20,000 nucleotides of DNA, taken from an uncultured virus (IMG/VR IMGVR_UViG_3300028597_000015) (lineage: Duplodnaviria; Heunggongvirae; Uroviricota; Caudoviricetes). Positions 15,116 to 20,000 of this stretch are shown piece after piece. The position numbers and the translations under genes are program-made. The stretch lies in IMG/VR virus record IMGVR_UViG_3300028597_000015, one strand, 5' to 3'. Each line of letters starts with the position of its first letter. The stretch's first letter is position 1. Under the pieces are notes generated by a model. That model was not told the DNA's origin, ran no database searches, and was given only the letters and a program-made list of their open reading frames with translations.

Positions 15116-15183
15116 TGCCTTGCACCTAGTGATAGGGTGCAAGGCACACCACTACCGCGCGACCCATCCCGGGAGGATGCGAC
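15116..15183 (+). promoter_or_regulatory. Conserved cassette leader, copy 1
   Basis: TGCCTTGCACC-N18-CACACCACTACCGCGCGA...CCGGGAGGA-N6-ATG; near-identical architecture at 17084-17150. Confidence 0.7.
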
Positions 15184-15999
15184 ATGACGACTCACCACTA
15201 CGTGACGCCAGACGGAACGCAATATCAGATATCGATCGATCGGGACGATGACGCCATGACTCCGCGCGATGCGGACAACGTGACGATCATGGTCACCCAT
15301 GGTGGGAACATGATCAGTCCGGACCATGGCTACGTGAAAGATTCCGAACTGCCGGATATTCCGAGTGAGTATGTCGGCGCGGGTCGCTACTCCGGTAATG
15401 TCGACATGCGACGCATCCGGAAATATGCGGCATTGTTCCTCCCGGATGTCATTGCGATCGTGGGTATCGATATCCGCCACGACTGGACGCCGACCCTGGC
15501 ATTGTCCGATGACGATGAGGCAGACGGATTCATCGTCATCACGCGCCGATCGTGGGATATGTGTATGGGTCCCGATACCGTCCCGACCATGGAACACTGC
15601 CGCGACATGATGCGGCAGGATATCGATGCCTATAACCGATATGCGTCCGGTGAGTATGTGTCGTTCATTGTGGAACAGTTGACCGAATGGACACGCGCCG
15701 ATACCGGTGAGACTCGCATGGAATGGGAGACGATCGAATCATGCGGGTCAATCGATGATGAGGCCTACGCGTTGTCCGAAGCGGAATCATGTCTGCCGGA
15801 GGATGCGGTATCCAACGATATGGAATTAGAGTCGGACCCCGACGATATCGATTCGCTCGATTGCGCGCGGGTCGGTTCGCATCATTCCGAAGATAGGGTG
15901 AGTGTCTATCATGGCACCATCGATCCCTACCGCATGTGTGGTTTCCACGCGTCGCAGGTCTCACCGGAATTCCTGGCGCGCGTTGCGGCAGGTGCGTGA
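15184..15999 (+). CDS. Acidic hypothetical protein (phage early / mobile-element family)
   Basis: GGAGG RBS; I..D.D...PR..DN...M and I.AY..Y..GE...F.VE...E..ESC pattern, resembling a widespread uncharacterised family (Y..YL.GDVYG...DSC.G). Confidence 0.85.
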   Translation: MTTHHYVTPDGTQYQISIDRDDDAMTPRDADNVTIMVTHGGNMISPDHGYVKDSELPDIPSEYVGAGRYSGNVDMRRIRKYAALFLPDVIAIVGIDIRHDWTPTLALSDDDEADGFIVITRRSWDMCMGPDTVPTMEHCRDMMRQDIDAYNRYASGEYVSFIVEQLTEWTRADTGETRMEWETIESCGSIDDEAYALSEAESCLPEDAVSNDMELESDPDDIDSLDCARVGSHHSEDRVSVYHGTIDPYRMCGFHASQVSPEFLARVAAGA

Positions 16000-16541
16000 T
16001 CATGTTGACTAACCACGTTTATGGTGACTGGAACCCTAGCGTGATCTACCGCGCCGAATCGTTCGCGCGCGAATGGAACGGATTCGCGGTACCGATCGTC
16101 ACGCGGGAGACTCTGCGTAACATTGTCGCCGACTCACCCGATTACTCGGTTGCGTTCGATTCCGACGGTATCGCGACAATTGATTACTCCGGCTCCGGAT
16201 ACGCGGTAATCACTCCGGACGCCAGGGGTCACTATGTGTGCGAATTCGGGTGGACATTCTACCGCGCCGACGATTCGGATGATGACTACATCCGCGCGTC
16301 AATCATCGATGCCATGCGGGTAGGTCTACAGGGTGAGGCAATTCTAGGGATTGATATCCTCATCGATCGATTGCCAGCACTGGCCACGATGGCGCGCATG
16401 CTGCACTGGCAGGGACTTAACTACCGCGCGGCATGTGGCGCGGGTCGGAACGTACTCACTACCGGTGACGCAGGACAGGCAACGTGCGAGGCATGCCGCG
16501 CGGCATTCCGTCGGGAGTATGGCGCCGAACCGACGCCATAG
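15996..16541 (+). CDS. Hypothetical protein with WNG.A.P..TRE motif
   Basis: GTGA overlap (or ATG 16002); WNGFAVPIVTRE motif; C-terminal H...C...CEAC. Confidence 0.8.
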   Translation: MIMLTNHVYGDWNPSVIYRAESFAREWNGFAVPIVTRETLRNIVADSPDYSVAFDSDGIATIDYSGSGYAVITPDARGHYVCEFGWTFYRADDSDDDYIRASIIDAMRVGLQGEAILGIDILIDRLPALATMARMLHWQGLNYRAACGAGRNVLTTGDAGQATCEACRAAFRREYGAEPTP

Positions 16542-16562
16542 CTCGACCCATCCGAACCGAAC

Positions 16563-16599
16563 CGACGGACCCGCTAGCGACCCGCTAGCGGGTCCGTCG
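16563..16599 (+). terminator. Conserved GGACCCGCTAG hairpin, copy 1
   Basis: Perfect 16-bp IR CGACGGACCCGCTAGC/GCTAGCGGGTCCGTCG, 21 nt after the stop codon. Confidence 0.75.
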
Positions 16600-17083
16600 C
16601 GTATCCGGGGCAGGGTTACCCGCGCCGACGATTGCGCGCATACCCCTAAGGGGTACCGGAATCGGCCCGAATCGCTCTAGAGCGTCGAATGGGTGCAAGG
16701 CAGGGTGAGGACAGTCGGGCGGCATCCTGGCGTGCCTACGGACCCGCTAGGCACCTTTACGGGGCATCCTGGCGTCATCCCATGGCGCCGATTGCGCCGA
16801 ATGGGGCCGATTCGCGCCGAATCGGCCCGTCGGATGGGCGGAATGTCCGAATTTTTTCATGATCATTTGTAAACGATCATGGAATCGACTCGGTTGGCCT
16901 AGCAACCGAACCGACCATGATCACTACCGGTGACCGATGACGCGTTATCGCAGGTACCGACGATGCGGCAGGGTCCGCCGGCACTTTTAGGTGACACTCG
17001 GCGGCCGCGCGCTCACTATGTGTGACGGACCTGGCCTGTCACGCGCGGCCGCCGCTCGCACACATTCCGTAGTTTGTTGCAGG

Positions 17084-17150
17084 TGCCTTGCACCCATGGC
17101 ACTATGGCGGACACACCACTACCGCGCGAACCGTCCGGGAGGACTACGCC
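17084..17150 (+). promoter_or_regulatory. Conserved cassette leader, copy 2
   Basis: TGCCTTGCACC-N17-CACACCACTACCGCGCGA...CCGGGAGGA-N7-ATG. Confidence 0.7.
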
Positions 17151-17510
17151 ATGGAACTACCGCCACTACCTAGGTGCGATGCCCCGGGATGCCCTGGGCA
17201 CCTAGGCAAATTTTCCGATTGCGTGACCGAAGCGCTTTACACACTCACGCTCGATTCGGCCGACGAAACCACCGGTAACGCTATCGACTGGCACGCGCAT
17301 TATTCCCTCATCATCCTGCCGGAATCGGAATCGGTCACCATCGATGACGGTTCACCCGACGAGCGCGCGGTAATCGTTCCGTCCGGTAACTGGATTATCG
17401 AGTGTCTGTCATCCGGTCTGGTGACCGCGTGGCAATCCGACGATTACGTTGCCGAATGGGATCGAATCGAATCGGCATACTCGGAATTTTTCGGCGAGGA
17501 TGACGAATGA
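17151..17510 (+). CDS. Acidic hypothetical protein (119 aa)
   Basis: ATG 17151 with GGAGG RBS; CDAPGC..H N-terminus; acidic tail EDDE. Confidence 0.8.
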   Translation: MELPPLPRCDAPGCPGHLGKFSDCVTEALYTLTLDSADETTGNAIDWHAHYSLIILPESESVTIDDGSPDERAVIVPSGNWIIECLSSGLVTAWQSDDYVAEWDRIESAYSEFFGEDDE

Positions 17511-17590
17511 CACCATCCGAAGCGCGCGCCATGCTTGCATGGTTGGCGCGGCTGGAATCTGAAACCTCCCGACCCGCTATCACCCGATAA
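17507..17590 (+). CDS. Putative 27-aa peptide
   Basis: MTPSEARAMLAWLARLESETSRPAITR; ATGA overlap; stop abuts the next RBS (TAAGGA). Confidence 0.5.
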   Translation: MTPSEARAMLAWLARLESETSRPAITR

Positions 17591-17602
17591 GGACACAGAA
17601 CA

Positions 17603-18070
17603 ATGAACGCACGTACCGCCATGGCTGCCGCAATCGCTGAGGTTTCCGAATGGAATGCCTATATGTTGGCATCGTCCGATCGCGCCGATTGTGCCTCACC
17701 CGATTCGCTCGAATCGGACGGGGCACGCATGTTGACCTTCGTCCGGGATGCCACGCTGGAAAGAATGGGTGATTGCGATGATCCGACGGATATCCGTCGG
17801 GTTATGGACGATGCTACTTACGAGATAGCGGATAGTGCCCCGTCGGTTTACACACATGCGGCATGGTCACAGTTTGTGGACCTAGGCGCATTCTATGAGG
17901 ATATTACCGAGTATGGCGATATCGACGGCGAAAACATCACGCGCGACGTCGCTATGCGTGCGCTTTACATGATTGCCGATCGTCTCGCGCGTGCCATCGT
18001 CGAATATGTCGCGGACGCAATCGAATCGGCGGACGACGACGACGACGACGACGATTCCGACGACAACTAA
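17603..18070 (+). CDS. Ocr (T7 gp0.3)-like DNA-mimic anti-restriction protein
   Basis: About 25% Asp+Glu, no Lys, poly-Asp tail; DDATYEIADSAPSVY aligns by eye with Ocr HDAIHMAADNAVPHY. Confidence 0.6.
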   Translation: MNARTAMAAAIAEVSEWNAYMLASSDRADCASPDSLESDGARMLTFVRDATLERMGDCDDPTDIRRVMDDATYEIADSAPSVYTHAAWSQFVDLGAFYEDITEYGDIDGENITRDVAMRALYMIADRLARAIVEYVADAIESADDDDDDDDSDDN

Positions 18071-18117
18071 CCCAACCATCCGACCATCCGACCCAACCAA
18101 CCAAAAGGGGCACCATC

Positions 18118-18930
18118 ATGACTGATATCCGCTACGCCGACCATGCCGTTACTCTGTTCTACGTCTCGCCCGACGCATTCCGCTATGGTGCGTTTGGGTG
18201 GCGCGATATGGAACCTGCCGATCGTCATTACTCCGATGTCACCATCCCGGTATTGTTGGTCAACGATACTTCATACTCCGATTATTCCGGGAGTATGTAT
18301 AACCGTTCTAACAATCGTGTCCTCATGGGTGACGGATGCCGCGTGTTGCGAGAGGTGACCGGTGACTATTCGTCAAGCGCGCTCGTGTTGACTCTGCCGC
18401 GTGCCGTGGTCCGTCGCTTGACCCGCGCGGGTCGCAATGCGTCGGCGCGCATGGCATGCGAGGCACTGGCGGACATGATCGATGCGGATACGTTGGATGA
18501 CGCGCGTGCCATGGTGTGCGACGTAATCGCAGGTCTCGCCGATTATCCCATCATCGATGAATCCGATTACTCGGAGCTGGAATCGGAATACATCTACAGT
18601 GACGAATCGTGGGAGACTGTCCGGGATGATATGGCGCTAGCGGTCGCGCGGGAGATTACCGGGGCGAATGGGCGCGATGCGTGGGAATTCGCAGGACTCA
18701 TGAAGGATGATCCGACCGAATCGGCATCGTTCCGCGCGTGGTTCGGAGAATTCATGTCCGGACACAACTATTACCCGCATTGCGAGGATGCCATGGGGTC
18801 CGTTCATTGGGAAGGCATCGATGACGATGCCGTTAAGGTCATCATCGATTCCGTTCGCGATAACCGTCGGTTCCCATGGTTGTCACTGGCGAAGACATAC
18901 GCGCCGACGGATACCTACACACTGCGGTAA
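18118..18930 (+). CDS. Acidic hypothetical phage protein (270 aa)
   Basis: AAGGGG RBS; SDYSGS...RSN and LADYPIIDESDYSELE motifs recalled from uncharacterised phage early proteins. Confidence 0.85.
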   Translation: MTDIRYADHAVTLFYVSPDAFRYGAFGWRDMEPADRHYSDVTIPVLLVNDTSYSDYSGSMYNRSNNRVLMGDGCRVLREVTGDYSSSALVLTLPRAVVRRLTRAGRNASARMACEALADMIDADTLDDARAMVCDVIAGLADYPIIDESDYSELESEYIYSDESWETVRDDMALAVAREITGANGRDAWEFAGLMKDDPTESASFRAWFGEFMSGHNYYPHCEDAMGSVHWEGIDDDAVKVIIDSVRDNRRFPWLSLAKTYAPTDTYTLR

Positions 18931-18943
18931 CCCATCCTCACCC

Positions 18944-18976
18944 CGGACCCGCTAGGCCATGCGCCTAGCGGGTCCG
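18944..18976 (+). terminator. Conserved GGACCCGCTAG hairpin, copy 2
   Basis: 14-bp IR CGGACCCGCTAGGC/GCCTAGCGGGTCCG followed by CTGCGTTT, 13 nt after the stop codon. Confidence 0.75.
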
Positions 18977-18985
18977 CTGCGTTTA

Positions 18986-19089
18986 TGCCCCTGCCCCGAT
19001 TGCCTGCCCTCGATTGCCCTGCCCCGATTCCCTGCCCTCGATTGCCCTGCCCTATTTCCTGCCCCTATTTCCTGCCCCTATTTCCTGCC
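18986..19089 (+). repeat. Imperfect tandem repeat of about 12-14 bp: CCTGCCC(C/T)CGATT / CCTGCCCCTATTT
   Basis: About 8 units read directly. Confidence 0.85.
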
Positions 19090-19171
19090 GTGCCCCATGG
19101 CTTGACATACGCGCATGGCCTACAGACCATGGCGGATAGCTTGACCATCGGTCACCACATAACGCGCCAAC

Positions 19172-19211
19172 CATCGGACCCGCTAGGCATATGCGCCTAG
19201 CGGGTCCGATG
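19172..19211 (+). terminator. Conserved GGACCCGCTAG hairpin, copy 3
   Basis: 17-bp IR CATCGGACCCGCTAGGC/GCCTAGCGGGTCCGATG followed by CGTTT. Confidence 0.7.
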
Positions 19212-19340
19212 CGTTTACGGGGCACTGAGGCACCATCACGGGGCACGCGTGGCGGGTACCTACTGCCCTCACCCTGCCGTGCCCATGGCCATGGGTGGCA
19301 GGGCAGGCAGGCGGTAGCGCGCATGTGGCGGGTAGCTGCA

Positions 19341-19384
19341 CTGCCTGCCCCTGCCCCTGCCCCTGCCCTGCCCCTGCCTGCCCT
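19341..19384 (+). repeat. (CTGCCC)n short tandem repeat
   Basis: CTGCCTGCCCCTGCCCCTGCCCCTGCCCTGCCCCTGCCTGCCCT. Confidence 0.85.
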
Positions 19385-19521
19385 ACGCCATGGCAGGGTG
19401 CAAGGCGCTGAGAGCCGATCTAAGCCAAGATCATTTAGAGTTAGGGTGGTTACGGCCTGGCCGCGCGGGTAGCTCCGCAGCGGCCGCCTCAGCTGCCCCT
19501 ACGTGGCGGGTAGGTGAGGCT

Positions 19522-19878
19522 ATGCCTGTACCTAGGCCAGTACGTGGCGTCATCGTGGTCTGTCCTCAGTGCAGGGCAACGCATAGGCAGGCAGACGGAC
19601 GCGACACGAGATGTAATCAGTGCAGAAATGAATTCGAACGATTGCGCGGGAATTCTGCGCAACGTGGCTACGGACAGGCTCACAGAACGGCCGGCGACGC
19701 TGCGATTGTGAATGCGACGGAATGCGTGACGTGTGGCGTCGCATTCACTCCGGACAATCCCGTAACGCGCGGCCATCGAATTGACATCCGGAATGGCGGC
19801 CAGCATTCCGACGGATATCTGGCACAATGCCGGCGATGCAATTTCGGATGGAATTCAAAACAGCATTCGAACGTTTGA
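19522..19878 (+). CDS. HNH endonuclease (phage packaging-associated type)
   Basis: ATG 19522 with GGTGAGG RBS; RGY motif, CVTC, GH, GG, CRRCN; position typical of the gene before cos/terminase. Confidence 0.8.
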   Translation: MPVPRPVRGVIVVCPQCRATHRQADGRDTRCNQCRNEFERLRGNSAQRGYGQAHRTAGDAAIVNATECVTCGVAFTPDNPVTRGHRIDIRNGGQHSDGYLAQCRRCNFGWNSKQHSNV

Positions 19879-20000
19879 TCGACCATTGTTTTGGAATTGC
19901 CGGCGGGCATTGAAACGGTTCAGAATGATCTTCAAGATGATCATGGAAATCGGACATTTCGGGCAGGGGGGCGGCCCCCAAAACGATCTTGCGGCATGAC

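Noticed and set aside
15112..15125. CGGCATGCCTTGCA as a sigma54 promoter
   Set aside because: GG-to-GC spacing is 8 rather than 10, and sigma54 is generally absent from Actinomycetota
18032..18052. (GAC)7 microsatellite
   Set aside because: It simply encodes the poly-Asp tail of the Ocr-like protein
19435..19452. TTAGAG-TTAGGG telomere-like hexamers
   Set aside because: Only one exact copy, consistent with chance
18985..19472. ORFs 18985..19200 and 19191..19472
   Set aside because: They translate tandem repeats and hairpins; no RBS or codon bias
19960..20000. G-rich stretch after the HNH gene as the cos site
   Set aside because: The position is suggestive, but the terminase gene and read-end data lie outside the window, so it cannot be called

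Overview
High-GC actinobacterial (Actinomycetota-type) phage or prophage DNA, covering the replication/late-regulation arm up to the probable packaging end. 1-351: two small leftward genes. 899-13515: a rightward run of genes, tightly coupled (ATGA/GTGA/TGATG overlaps) from about 1945 on, encoding a ParB-like protein, a DUF3310 protein, a Cas4/RecB-family PD-(D/E)XK exonuclease, a probable SSB, three membrane/lipoproteins, a Prim-Pol/AAA helicase, a Holliday junction resolvase, a C5 cytosine methyltransferase and a Zn-finger/HTH regulator. 13516-13950: structured non-coding DNA with 19-bp-period repeats. 13951-14388: a leftward MmpS-like lipoprotein. About 14500-19960: a compositionally distinct, lower-GC island with LexA (SOS)-box matches and two cassettes of acidic proteins (one Ocr-like DNA mimic); the cassettes share a conserved leader and a conserved terminator hairpin, and an HNH endonuclease follows. 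Best leads: the modular putative anti-defence cassette system and its repeated motifs, a nested alternative-frame ORF in the methyltransferase, an ori-like palindrome cluster in the primase 3' end, and a lambda pR'-like promoter/short RNA/terminator after the HTH gene. All family calls are by eye from remembered motifs; no searches were run.
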